Virus record (IMG/VR): IMGVR_UViG_2537562195_000008
Length of the DNA stretch: 37,183 nucleotides
Reading direction: 5' to 3' (one strand)
From: a virus
Taxonomy: Duplodnaviria > Heunggongvirae > Uroviricota > Caudoviricetes
A model generated the notes under the pieces. It was not told the DNA's origin. It saw only the letters and a list, made by a program, of their open reading frames with translations, and did no database searches. Shown one piece after another: positions 9,385-18,837 of this stretch (the first letter of the stretch is position 1; each line of letters opens with the position of its first letter). The translations under genes and the position numbers were made by a program.

Positions 9385-9403
9385 GGCGTGGCGGGGATAC
9401 GAG
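9385..9403. other. cos: Putative cos (cohesive-end) site, P2/186-like GGCGTGGCGGGGA…
   Basis: GGCGTGGCGGGGATACGAG resembles the P2/186 19-nt cohesive end as recalled (GGCG(A/T)GGCGGGGAAAGCA…); lies in a non-coding gap between the early region and the portal-side island. Confidence 0.5.
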
Positions 9404-9577
9404 CGCGCGCTGATAGGGTAATCGTCAAAACAGGCATCAGCTAGGTTGAGTTGTAGCGGTGCTTAAGTTTGCTCGTTGTTTGATAGAGCTTAATGTATGT
9501 AATTGCCTACAGCTGTGGTTATCTATTAACATGTAAGGATAAGGTCACTTGCTCGCTGCCATTAGAAGAGGAACTGG

Positions 9578-10048
9578 ATGTCTATCGAGGAAAAATTTTT
9601 TAGTGATATCGATTTAAAAGATCCGTTTTTTAACAGCCTAAGAGCTGATTATGAAGGATTTGATGTTTGGTTTCTCTCAAAAGGTAAAAATAAGGCGTTT
9701 GTATCACGTAATGAATTAGGTGAAATCGATGGTTTTCTCTATTTGAAAATAGAAGATGAAGAGTTGAGTGATATGACTCCAACGTTTCCAAAGATGAAGC
9801 GAGTAAAGCTTGGCACATTTAAAATCGATGCTCATGGAACCAAACTTGGAGAGCGTTTTATTAGAATTATGTTTCAATTTGCTATGAGAAACAAACTAAA
9901 AGAAGTATATGTTACTATATTTGATAAGCATTCAGGGTTAATTCGCTTATTAACTAAATATGGTTTTGTTTTAAAGGCGAGGAAAAATCTTTCTACGATT
10001 AATGGGCAAGAAGGTGTATACTTTAAAAACTTGGTATGGAAGGAGTAA
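9578..10048 (+). CDS. Hypothetical protein, possibly GNAT-fold N-acyltransferase-like; island gene 1
   Basis: 156 aa; C-terminal half (…KLGTFKIDAHGTKLGERFIRIMFQFA…EVYVTIFDKHSGLIRLLTKYGFVL) resembles GNAT motifs A/B; AT-rich. Confidence 0.5.
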   Translation: MSIEEKFFSDIDLKDPFFNSLRADYEGFDVWFLSKGKNKAFVSRNELGEIDGFLYLKIEDEELSDMTPTFPKMKRVKLGTFKIDAHGTKLGERFIRIMFQFAMRNKLKEVYVTIFDKHSGLIRLLTKYGFVLKARKNLSTINGQEGVYFKNLVWKE

Positions 10049-10051
10049 AAA

Positions 10052-10633
10052 ATGAGCTATGCTAATTATCCCTTAGTCAAATTGCAGGGGAGAAATTATT
10101 TATTAAGTATTTATCCTGCATGGCATACACGTCTTTTCCCTGAGTCAAAACTCCACAATGAGAGTGCTGGTATCATCGCTGATATATCACATACCAACAG
10201 TATTGAAAAAGTATACTTAACAAAAATGCATGGGGTAGCCAGCCTAAAGCCTGGAGATAATTTGCTTATTTATCGTACTTCAGATGGACAAGGTCCAGCT
10301 CGGTTTAGATCTGTTGCAACTTCAGTGTGTGTGGTTCAGGAAATTAAAGATATTCACGATTTCTTAACTTATGAGGAATTTAAGAATTACTGTGAACCTT
10401 ATAGCGTTTTTGATGAAGATGAGTTACAGCTTCTATATATGAAAAAAAATTATCCGATAATTATACGGTTTACTTATAATTTCCCTTTGGAAAAAAGAGT
10501 TATTCGTGATGAAATCATGAATATTACAGGTTATACCAATAGTGATTATTGGGGTTTTTTACCACTAACTGATTCAGCATTTAAGCAGATTGTCTTACAG
10601 GGAGGTGTTGATGAAAGTTTTATTATCGATTAA
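10052..10633 (+). CDS. Hypothetical protein; island gene 2
   Basis: 193-aa ORF tightly linked (4-nt gap) to the upstream gene; no motif recognised; AT-rich. Confidence 0.55.
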   Translation: MSYANYPLVKLQGRNYLLSIYPAWHTRLFPESKLHNESAGIIADISHTNSIEKVYLTKMHGVASLKPGDNLLIYRTSDGQGPARFRSVATSVCVVQEIKDIHDFLTYEEFKNYCEPYSVFDEDELQLLYMKKNYPIIIRFTYNFPLEKRVIRDEIMNITGYTNSDYWGFLPLTDSAFKQIVLQGGVDESFIID

Positions 10634-10980
10634 GCCAGAGTATGCAGAGAGTATACTTTCTGGTAAAAAAATATGAGTTTCGGAAAAATATTTTTAGAAA
10701 TAAAAATGTTGATACGATAGTTATTTACGCAACGATGCCGGTTGGCAAAGTAATAGGTGAATTTAAAGTAGGAGATATTCTTGCTCTATCCCCTTCAGAA
10801 TTGTGGGATAAAACGAAAGCTCATGCAGGAATTACACATTCTTTTTTTAAAGATTATTTCCACCAAAGAGAAAAGGCTTTTGCTATTTCCATCAAAAGCC
10901 CTAAAAGATATAAATTCCCTGTCGACTTAAATGAGTTGATTCCCGGCGGCGTCGCCCCACAGTCTTATCGTTATTTATAA
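10611..10980 (+). pseudogene. ASCH/PUA-like domain protein interrupted by a frameshift at an A7 tract; island gene 3
   Basis: ATG at 10611 encodes MKVLLSIKPEYAESILSGKK then hits TGA; the listed ORF 10642..10980 continues in another frame with …YEFRKN…IVIYATMPVGKVIGEFKVGDIL…AFAISIKSPKRYKFPVDL…; together they form a typical ASCH domain; the frames meet at poly-A 10665..10671. Confidence 0.5.
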
Positions 10981-11520
10981 TGTTGTCTGGGCATGTTTCT
11001 TAACCATGCCCAGTTTTTCTAGGGCAATAGATAAATCGTTTGTTGTTGGGGATTCTAAGATAATTAATGGTACATTGATTTTATTTGTAACATATTTTGC
11101 GTTTTCTCTTTCAGCTTCCATCAGCTTATTTAAATCATAAGTAATATCACTCCCATCTCGTTTCATTATTCGTTCTCTAATTGTATCGGGAGACTCCTCA
11201 ACTAAAATTACTCCATCTAGCCCCATTTCCTCAAATACTTCTTGCTTGAGAACTTCAATATCTCCATTTTTATTTATTAAGGTAAAATGACCATCCAATA
11301 AAATATTGGATACCTTTGACTTTAATGCATTAAGTGCCGTAAGTAATATTGATTGGTTTTTATCAGGTGTGGCCGTTAACTTACTGTTATCAAATTTAAT
11401 ATTAGAATTATTTTTTATAAGTTCGCTTGCGCTTACATGAGTTACCCCGAAATCATCTTTTGCAAATGAACACAAGTAACCTTTGCCTACACCATGAACA
11501 CCTGCTATGAAAATTAACAT
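10975..11520 (-). CDS. P-loop NTPase, nucleotide/nucleoside kinase-like; island gene 4
   Basis: 181 aa; Walker A GVHGVGKG at the N-terminus, hhhhD Walker B-like ILLDGHF; size and layout like small adenylate/dNMP kinase-like ATPases; RBS GGAGG upstream. Confidence 0.6.
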   Translation of the reverse strand: MLIFIAGVHGVGKGYLCSFAKDDFGVTHVSASELIKNNSNIKFDNSKLTATPDKNQSILLTALNALKSKVSNILLDGHFTLINKNGDIEVLKQEVFEEMGLDGVILVEESPDTIRERIMKRDGSDITYDLNKLMEAERENAKYVTNKINVPLIILESPTTNDLSIALEKLGMVKKHAQTTL

Positions 11521-11585
11521 AGTATTACCTCCGTTTATTTATTTATGTTAGAATGTTATAGCCTTAGCATAGTAGAGGATAGAGC

Positions 11586-11963
11586 ATGAAGTTTCAAGCT
11601 ATATCGATTTTGACTCCAGCGGTAGAAAATATTATAAATGGTTCTAAATCTATCGAAATACGGTCGTGGTATCCTGAAACGATACCATTAAAAAACGTCA
11701 TTCTTGTTCAGAATGATAAATATCTTAAAAATCAAAGCGATATAGATCATGGGGTGGCTATGGCTATTGTCGATTTTGTTTCAGTTAGAAATTGGTCATA
11801 TGAGGATTACTTAAAACAAAACCAAGAAACAACTCTTAATAAGCCTTGGTCTCCAGGTTATTATGTGTGGGAAATTAAAAATGTTAGAATTTTAAAAAAA
11901 TCTATTCCTTGTGTGGCGAGGAAAGGTATTTATACAATAGATTTAAATATGGATTATATATAA
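11586..11963 (+). CDS. ASCH/PUA-like domain protein; island gene 5
   Basis: 125 aa; …SKSIEIRSW… and C-terminal …YVWEIKNVRILKKSIPCVARKGIYTIDL match the ASCH pattern (Y-x-W-x-L…P…kG.qgi) from memory. Confidence 0.6.
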   Translation: MKFQAISILTPAVENIINGSKSIEIRSWYPETIPLKNVILVQNDKYLKNQSDIDHGVAMAIVDFVSVRNWSYEDYLKQNQETTLNKPWSPGYYVWEIKNVRILKKSIPCVARKGIYTIDLNMDYI

Positions 11964-11974
11964 GGTATTGTGAG

Positions 11975-12766
11975 ATGTGTGGTGCCATTCTTCGAAATAT
12001 TAAGCGTTATGCCATTATTTATTCACTGTTGTTTTTGGCTTTTATTTTAATGCTGATAGTGTTTGTTAGCTATGTTTGTAAATTTGGAATGTATTCATGG
12101 AGTGATTCCGTAGAGAAATGGGGACAGTTTGGCGATTATATTGGTGGTGTACTGAATCCTGCTCTGGCCTTTATCTCTATCATGCTTGTTTGTTTCACAC
12201 TATATTCTACATCTAGGCAGTCATCTATTCAGTCATTCGAGTCTGTGTTATTTGAGTTACTAAGATTTCATAAAGATAACTTATCAGAAATTAAAACAAC
12301 GTATTCAGATGGAAAAGTGTATGTAGGACGGGAGGCTCTTTCATTATACATTACCGAAGTGAAGTTTAACCTACTTAATATTGTGGATGATTCACTTCCT
12401 TTGGATGAAAGGTTAGAGCTTTCAGTTAATATGGTTTATCTGGAAGGTGACAATTTTGCGAATGTGGGACATTATTTCAGGAATATTTACCATATTTTTA
12501 AACATATCAATGACTCTAACTATTTGACTGAGAAAGAAAAAACCAAGTATGCGAAATTAGTTAGAGCACAAATATCTTCTATAGAATCTGGCGCGATGCT
12601 ATTAAATGGTTTTTCATCGGTAGGAAAGCCTGCCAAGAAATTTATTGAAAAATATTCTCTCCTTCAGGGGTTTAGTTTAAGTAAGGAATTCAAGCAGCAA
12701 TTACATGATTTAGGTGCCTTAAAATTATACGATGACGTTGCTTATGAGGATAAAAAAGGGCATTAA
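11975..12766 (+). CDS. Membrane protein with two N-terminal TM helices and a cytoplasmic domain (candidate effector); island gene 6
   Basis: Internal ATG of ORF 11909..12766; hydrophobic helices IIYSLLFLAFILMLIVFVSYV and IGGVLNPALAFISIMLVCFTLY; stop overlaps the convergent portal gene stop. Confidence 0.55.
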   Translation: MCGAILRNIKRYAIIYSLLFLAFILMLIVFVSYVCKFGMYSWSDSVEKWGQFGDYIGGVLNPALAFISIMLVCFTLYSTSRQSSIQSFESVLFELLRFHKDNLSEIKTTYSDGKVYVGREALSLYITEVKFNLLNIVDDSLPLDERLELSVNMVYLEGDNFANVGHYFRNIYHIFKHINDSNYLTEKEKTKYAKLVRAQISSIESGAMLLNGFSSVGKPAKKFIEKYSLLQGFSLSKEFKQQLHDLGALKLYDDVAYEDKKGH

Positions 12767-13809
12767 ATGCCCTTATCTTGGTCAAGGATGTAGTCATTAA
12801 ATGACACAATATTTTGATTTATCCAGGTGTTTAGCTCAACTAGTCTTTTCTGCAAAGGAACCAACTCATTTCTGACAAAAACCTTCGCGGCTTTTTCCAC
12901 ATCCCCAAACCCTCCAACATTATTAGGCATAATCCCCATCATTTGCGGCGGCACGCGGTGCGCAGCCATCATGTCATCACGGCTCACGTTCTTGATATTC
13001 AGAAACTCATCCTTCGCCGCAACTTCTGACAACGGGATGATCTGAAGCCCGTCCTTTTTGCCGTTAGGCGAGTACATAAACAGGTTGCGGAAGTTGCCTG
13101 GACCTTTGGCGCTTTTCATCGCATTGCGGAGGTTGTTCACATCCTCCTGGTTCTGCGCGGCATCGGTCATGTATATGATGAAGCCTGCATGACTACCGTT
13201 AATGTAATACTTCCGGCGGAACAGCGTGGCGGACTCGTTGAGCAAAGCGGATGGGATGGCAGAAAGATAGCCGGGCAGGCCGTAGATCTCCTGATTAATA
13301 TCCGGTTCCATCAGATGAAAAATGCTGCCTTTCGTGAACTGATACGGCTGGGTTGTCATACCGTATTGCACAAACCAGTAGGTCTCCAGGTCTAACCCGC
13401 GTCGGGTATATTTTGCCAGAGCAGGCTCAAGGGCGATAACTTCACCGAAGCGGTTCGTGCGTTTCTCCAGGTAGGCGTTACCAAATACCAGATAGTCCTG
13501 CACAAAACGTGAAAAAGCCTGCTGGCTGAGCAGCGGGTGAGGGATGTAGGTACTGGTCAGAATGTTGCATTTTACTGCAATCGGTGAGCTGTGATGCACG
13601 GCAGCGCGGAAGGTTCGTGCCAGTCCGTCAAAGCTGACGGGCGGCTCATACCAGCGGTCCATCTGTACGCATTCCACATAGTCCAGCAGTTCACGGCGGT
13701 CCAGAACAGGAACGGGATCGCCAAAGCTGAATGCTTCGGCTGAAGTCTGGCTTTTATGCTTGAGCTGATTCGTCGCCGCAGCGCGGTTTTTCTTACTCTT
13801 TCCCATCAA
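12763..13809 (-). CDS. Q: Portal protein (P2 gpQ family)
   Basis: 348 aa; position and orientation as P2 Q, start overlapping the terminase stop; sequence character typical of P2-like portal. Confidence 0.85.
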   Translation of the reverse strand: MMGKSKKNRAAATNQLKHKSQTSAEAFSFGDPVPVLDRRELLDYVECVQMDRWYEPPVSFDGLARTFRAAVHHSSPIAVKCNILTSTYIPHPLLSQQAFSRFVQDYLVFGNAYLEKRTNRFGEVIALEPALAKYTRRGLDLETYWFVQYGMTTQPYQFTKGSIFHLMEPDINQEIYGLPGYLSAIPSALLNESATLFRRKYYINGSHAGFIIYMTDAAQNQEDVNNLRNAMKSAKGPGNFRNLFMYSPNGKKDGLQIIPLSEVAAKDEFLNIKNVSRDDMMAAHRVPPQMMGIMPNNVGGFGDVEKAAKVFVRNELVPLQKRLVELNTWINQNIVSFNDYILDQDKGI

Positions 13810-15572
13810 AAAATCTCCACAATATTGCTGGTATTGGCGGATTCACCCTGCAGCGGTTCGTTAAACAGTGCGTGCATCGTTGCCCAGGCCAGATCGGCGT
13901 GGCTGGCTTCTTCGCTGCGGCTGGCTTCATAGGTCGGGCGGTTGCCGCTGGCGGTGGTGGCGCGACGGATTGCCATGAATGACAGCGCAATGTCGGTGTG
14001 CCCGGCGTCAAACTCCAGACGGCGGTGGCTGATAATGTCGTAGGCCTTGAGTACCAGGGCGTTTTTAACATTGGGGTTGTAGACAAACTCCCGGACGGCA
14101 GGAAAGAACGCTTTCACGTTCTCATAAACCCCGTGACCAACGCCGGTTGAGTCGATACCGATATAGGTCACGTTGTACTGTTCGGAGAGTTTTTTGATGG
14201 CGTCAGCCTGGGCGCGGAAGTCCATCCCGCGCCACTGGTGACGCTCAAGAATGCGGAACTTACCACCCGGCACGGCTGGCGGAGCCACCACCACGCATCC
14301 GGCACTGTCGCCGTTCTGCGTACCTTTTGCCGGGTCATAACCGATCCACACTTCGCGCCAGCCAAACGGGCGCAGGGCCAGTGCATGAAAGTCGGTCCAG
14401 ACTTCCCAGCTGTCCACCATGCACGCCTGCAGTTCGCTGAGCGGGAACACGGACGCGAGATCGTCCACGAACTCGCACATCAGCAGGTTCTGGTATTCGT
14501 CCGGGCTGTACTCCATGCGTAGCTGGTCGAGGTCGAACAGGTTACAGCCGCCGCGCACCGCATCTTCCACGGTGACTATCTGGCGGTATTGCCCGTCTGC
14601 GCACAGCAGGCCGGGGGCCAAATTGCTGTGGGACAGGTCGATGTCCACCTTGTCAGCTTTGTTGCGTCCACGGTTGAACAGCGCACCGGACCAGAACGGA
14701 TAAGCACTGTGGGTCAGGCTGGATGGCGTGGAAAAATAGGTTTGTCGCCATTTTTTGTGAATAGCCATCCCGGAAGCCACTTTGCGCAGCTCCTGGAATT
14801 TCGGTATCCAGAAATATTCATCCAGATACAGGTTGCCGTGATAACTCTGGGCCGTGCGGGCATTGGTGCCGAGGAAGTAAAGCGTGGCTCCGTTAGGAAG
14901 CACCATCGGATCGCCTTTTAGCTCCACCTCGACTTCTTTGGCGAAGTCGATGATGTATTGTTTAAAGACGTGGGCCTGAGCCTTACTGGCAGAAAGGAAA
15001 ATCTGGTTACGTCCGGTAAGCAGGGCGTCAATCAGGGCTTCACGGGCAAAATAGAAGGTCGCGCCGATCTGGCGTGACTTCAGCAGGTTGCGGATGCGGT
15101 TGGTTTTTCCGGCTTCCCACCAGTGGCGCTGGTAGTTGAACATGGAGGAATGGAAGATTTCTTCCAGCTTCTCAATCTGCTCATCGGTGAAAACATTCTT
15201 TTCCGGCTGACGGCGTGGGCCTTTATTGCGGTTGGCGACGTTAGGGTTTAAGTCGGCTTCGTTGCCGCCATTGTTAAACTTGCCGATCCGCGCGTGGCGC
15301 TCAGACTGGCGCGCCAGCAGGTCAATCTCTTTGAAATCTTTCCCTTCTTTGTGCTCCTTCATAATGAGCTGGCAGTAGCGTGCGGCGGTGGTGAGCTGCA
15401 TCTGATCCAGCGGCCCATAGTCACCCCACTTGTCGCGTTTTTTCCAGCTGTGAACGGTTGCAACTTTCTCGCCCAGCATTTCAGCAATGCGGGCTACGCG
15501 GTATCCCTGAAAGTACAGCAGCATGGCCTGCCGACGGGGATCGAGATCTGCGGGTGTCAGTGTGGTGTTCAT
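13806..15572 (-). CDS. P: Terminase large (ATPase) subunit (P2 gpP family)
   Basis: 588 aa; divergent from the O-N-M-L operon exactly as in P2; N-terminal DNA-binding segment and ATPase/nuclease core. Confidence 0.85.
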   Translation of the reverse strand: MNTTLTPADLDPRRQAMLLYFQGYRVARIAEMLGEKVATVHSWKKRDKWGDYGPLDQMQLTTAARYCQLIMKEHKEGKDFKEIDLLARQSERHARIGKFNNGGNEADLNPNVANRNKGPRRQPEKNVFTDEQIEKLEEIFHSSMFNYQRHWWEAGKTNRIRNLLKSRQIGATFYFAREALIDALLTGRNQIFLSASKAQAHVFKQYIIDFAKEVEVELKGDPMVLPNGATLYFLGTNARTAQSYHGNLYLDEYFWIPKFQELRKVASGMAIHKKWRQTYFSTPSSLTHSAYPFWSGALFNRGRNKADKVDIDLSHSNLAPGLLCADGQYRQIVTVEDAVRGGCNLFDLDQLRMEYSPDEYQNLLMCEFVDDLASVFPLSELQACMVDSWEVWTDFHALALRPFGWREVWIGYDPAKGTQNGDSAGCVVVAPPAVPGGKFRILERHQWRGMDFRAQADAIKKLSEQYNVTYIGIDSTGVGHGVYENVKAFFPAVREFVYNPNVKNALVLKAYDIISHRRLEFDAGHTDIALSFMAIRRATTASGNRPTYEASRSEEASHADLAWATMHALFNEPLQGESANTSNIVEIF

Positions 15573-15714
15573 GGCACAAACCTACAGCCTTGAATGACGG
15601 CTTTCCCCGCCTGCGGTTTGTGTGGTTGTCGGTACAAATACCGCGCATTGTTTCACTGCCCCCATCACCGCAACCATAAGGCTCCAGTAAGTTTTTTCTA
15701 ACGGAGCACGGCTC

Positions 15715-16548
15715 ATGACAGTGAAAGCAAAGCGTTTTCGCATCGGGGTGGAAGGTGCCACCACCGACGGACGCGAAATCCAGCGTGAATGGCTGGAACA
15801 GATGGCAGCCAGCTACAACCCGGCGGTGTATACCGCGCTGATTAACCTTGAGCACATCAAGTCTTATCTGCCGGACAGCACCTTTAACCGCTACGGCAAG
15901 GTGACGGCGCTGTTTGCTGAAGAAATCACGGAAGGTCCGCTGGCAGGCAAGATGGCGCTGTATGCCGACGTTGAGCCAACGGAGTCCCTGGTGGAGCTGG
16001 TGAAAAAAGGCCAGAAATTATTCACCTCTATGGAAGTCAGCCCGAAGTTCGCTGATACGGGCAAAGCCTACCTGGTCGGCCTGGCTGCCACTGATGACCC
16101 TGCCAGTCTGGGCACTGAAATGCTGACATTCAGCGCCAGTGCAGCCCATAACCCACTGGCAAACCGCAAGCAGAATCCTGCCAATCTCTTTACCGCTGCA
16201 GAGGAAACGGTGATCGAACTGGAAGAAATCCAGGACGACAAACCGTCCCTGTTTGCCCGTGTCACGGCGCTGTTTACCAAAAAAGAGCAGTCCGATGACG
16301 CCCGGTTCTCTGATGTGCATAAGGCCGTGGAGCTGGTCGCCACTGAGCAGCAGAACCTGAGCGCACGCACCGAAAAATCCCTGTCTGAGCAGGAAGAACG
16401 CCTGTCTGAGCTGGAGACTGCCCTGCAGGCACAGCAAACCGCCTTTAACGAACTGGTGGACAAGCTGAGTCATGAAGACAGCCGCCAGGACTACCGCCAG
16501 CGTGCAACAGGCGGTAACGCCCCCGCTGACACTCTGACCAATTGCTGA
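15715..16548 (+). CDS. O: Capsid scaffolding protein (P2 gpO family)
   Basis: 277 aa; N-terminus MTVKAKRFRIGVEGATTDGREIQ…INLEHIKSYLPDSTFNRYGKV matches the gpO pattern as recalled. Confidence 0.85.
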   Translation: MTVKAKRFRIGVEGATTDGREIQREWLEQMAASYNPAVYTALINLEHIKSYLPDSTFNRYGKVTALFAEEITEGPLAGKMALYADVEPTESLVELVKKGQKLFTSMEVSPKFADTGKAYLVGLAATDDPASLGTEMLTFSASAAHNPLANRKQNPANLFTAAEETVIELEEIQDDKPSLFARVTALFTKKEQSDDARFSDVHKAVELVATEQQNLSARTEKSLSEQEERLSELETALQAQQTAFNELVDKLSHEDSRQDYRQRATGGNAPADTLTNC

Positions 16549-16564
16549 TGGAGCACAAAACCCG

Positions 16565-17623
16565 ATGAAGAAGAATACCCGCTTTGCTTTTAACGCTTAC
16601 CTGCAGCAGCTGGCGCGTCTGAACGGTGTGGCAGTTGAAGAACTGTCCAGCAAGTTCACCGTGGAGCCGTCTGTACAGCAGACGCTGGAAGACCAGATCC
16701 AGCAGTCCGCCGCTTTCCTGACGCTGATTAACGTCACGCCAGTGACTGAGCAGTCCGGTCAGCTGCTGGGGTTGGGTGTTGGCAGCACCATTGCCGGAAC
16801 CACTGACACCACCGCGAAAGAGCGTGAACCTGTCGATCCTACGCTGATGGTCGATGTGGAATACAAATGCGAGCAGACCAACTTTGACACGGTACTGACC
16901 TACGCGAAGCTGGACCTGTGGGCGAAGTTTCAGGATTTCCAGGTGCGTATCCGTGACGCCATCGTGAAACGTCAGGCACTGGACCGCATCATGATCGGCT
17001 TTAACGGCGTGAAGCGTGCGAAAACCTCCAACCGTAGCGAAAACCCGCTGCTGCAGGATGTGAACAAAGGCTGGTTACAGAAAATCCGTGAGGATGCACC
17101 GGATCACGTCATGGGCAGCAGCACCACGGGCGGTGAAACCACACCGCGTGCGGTGAAAGTCGGTAAAGGTGGCGAATATGCCAACCTGGACGCCGTGGTG
17201 ATGGATGCCGTCAATGAGCTTATCGACGTTGTCTATCAGGACGATGACGATCTGGTGGTGATTTGCGGGCGTGAACTGCTGTCTGACAAGTATTTCCCGC
17301 TGGTCAACAAAGAGCAGGAAAACAGTGAAAAACTGGCTGCCGATATGATCATCAGTCAGAAACGCATGGGTGGCCTGCAGGCGGTGCGTGCGCCGTTCTT
17401 CCCGCCGAATGCGCTGCTGATCACCCGTCTGGATAACCTGTCCATCTACTGGCAGGAAGATACCCGCCGCCGTTCAGTTATCGACAACCCGAAACGTGAC
17501 CGGATTGAAAATTTTGAATCCGTTAACGAAGCCTATGTGGTTGAGGACTATCGCTGCGCTGCACTGGTGGAAAACATCCAGATTGGTGACTTCAGCGCCG
17601 CCGCAGCAGAAACCGGAGCGTAA
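16565..17623 (+). CDS. N: Major capsid protein (P2 gpN family)
   Basis: 352 aa directly after the scaffold gene; canonical P2 order. Confidence 0.85.
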   Translation: MKKNTRFAFNAYLQQLARLNGVAVEELSSKFTVEPSVQQTLEDQIQQSAAFLTLINVTPVTEQSGQLLGLGVGSTIAGTTDTTAKEREPVDPTLMVDVEYKCEQTNFDTVLTYAKLDLWAKFQDFQVRIRDAIVKRQALDRIMIGFNGVKRAKTSNRSENPLLQDVNKGWLQKIREDAPDHVMGSSTTGGETTPRAVKVGKGGEYANLDAVVMDAVNELIDVVYQDDDDLVVICGRELLSDKYFPLVNKEQENSEKLAADMIISQKRMGGLQAVRAPFFPPNALLITRLDNLSIYWQEDTRRRSVIDNPKRDRIENFESVNEAYVVEDYRCAALVENIQIGDFSAAAAETGA

Positions 17624-17626
17624 TTC

Positions 17627-18277
17627 ATGAGCCTGAGTCCCGCACGGCAGCATCGCCTGCGCGTTCAGGCTGAACAGGCCGCTCGCGAGGGTGGTAGTGT
17701 TCGCCACGCGTCGGGCTATGACCTGATGCTGCTGCAACTGGCGGAAGACCGCCGCCGTCTCAAGGGCGTTCAGTCCACGGTCAAAAAAGCGGAAATCAAG
17801 GTGGAGCTGCTGCCGAAATATGCCGCCTGGGCGGAGGGTGTTCTGGCTGCCGGAGGCGCTCAACAGGATGACGTGCTGATGTACGTGATGCTGTGGCGTA
17901 TTGATGCCGGAGATTATGCCGGGGCGCTGGAGATCGGGCGTCATGCCCTGCGTCATGGCTGGGTGATGCCGCTGGGTAACCGCAATGTGCAGACCGTGCT
18001 GGCAGAGGAAATGGCAGACGCGGCACAGAGCGCAATGCTTGCCACTACCGGCTTTGATGCCGATCTGTTACTGCAGACGCTGGAGCTGACAGACGGTCTG
18101 GATATGCCGGACCAGTCACGGGCGCGTCTGCATAAAGCGATTGGCGCTGTCCTGAGTGAAAGCAACCCGGCTTCCGCCCTTAATCATCTCAACCATGCGT
18201 TACAGCTCGATCCTCGCTGTGGCGTGAAAAAAGACAAACAGCAGCTGGAGCGCAGACTGCGCAATGACAGCCGCTGA
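17627..18277 (+). CDS. M: Terminase small/endonuclease subunit (P2 gpM family)
   Basis: 216 aa following N; canonical position. Confidence 0.75.
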   Translation: MSLSPARQHRLRVQAEQAAREGGSVRHASGYDLMLLQLAEDRRRLKGVQSTVKKAEIKVELLPKYAAWAEGVLAAGGAQQDDVLMYVMLWRIDAGDYAGALEIGRHALRHGWVMPLGNRNVQTVLAEEMADAAQSAMLATTGFDADLLLQTLELTDGLDMPDQSRARLHKAIGAVLSESNPASALNHLNHALQLDPRCGVKKDKQQLERRLRNDSR

Positions 18278-18372
18278 CAGAACGTGCCCCCGCGCACGGG
18301 CGGCACGGGGTGGCGAAAGGCACTGCCACATCAAAACCCCGTCCACCGCCCTCTATTTCAGGAGAAAGCAGC

Positions 18373-18837
18373 ATGAAGTTTGTTGCGCCAGAACAGGCAC
18401 CGGAACAGGCGGAAATCATCAGGAATACGCCGTTCTGGCCTGATGTGGACCTGTCGGAGTTTCGCAGCGTGATGCGCACTGACGGCACGGTGACGCAGCC
18501 GCGTTTAAAGCAGGTTGCGCTGTCGGCAATTTCGGAGGTCAACGCAGAGCTGTATGAGTTTCGCAGACGCCAGCAGATGCTGGGGTATGCCTCGCTGGCA
18601 GAGGTTCCGGCGGAACAGCTGGACAGCAAAAGTGAGCGCATTCAGCACTATTTCAACGCGGTTTACTGCTGGGCACGCGCCATGCTCAACGAACGTTACC
18701 AGGACTATGACGCCACGGCGTCCGGTGTGAAGCGGGGCGAGGAACTGGCGGAAGCAAGCGGTGATTTGTGGCGTGACGCCCGCTGGGCCATCAGCCGGGT
18801 GCAGGATGCGCCGCACTGCACAGTGGAGCTTATCTGA
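18373..18837 (+). CDS. L: Head completion/stabilisation protein (P2 gpL family)
   Basis: Internal ATG after AGGAGAAAG; about 154 aa; canonical position before X. Confidence 0.75.
   Translation: MKFVAPEQAPEQAEIIRNTPFWPDVDLSEFRSVMRTDGTVTQPRLKQVALSAISEVNAELYEFRRRQQMLGYASLAEVPAEQLDSKSERIQHYFNAVYCWARAMLNERYQDYDATASGVKRGEELAEASGDLWRDARWAISRVQDAPHCTVELI

Noticed and set aside
10665-10671. The A7 tract as a programmed ribosomal frameshift signal
   Set aside because: A plain homopolymer without a recognisable downstream stimulatory structure; mutation, phase variation or sequencing error are more parsimonious, though programmed slippage is not excluded
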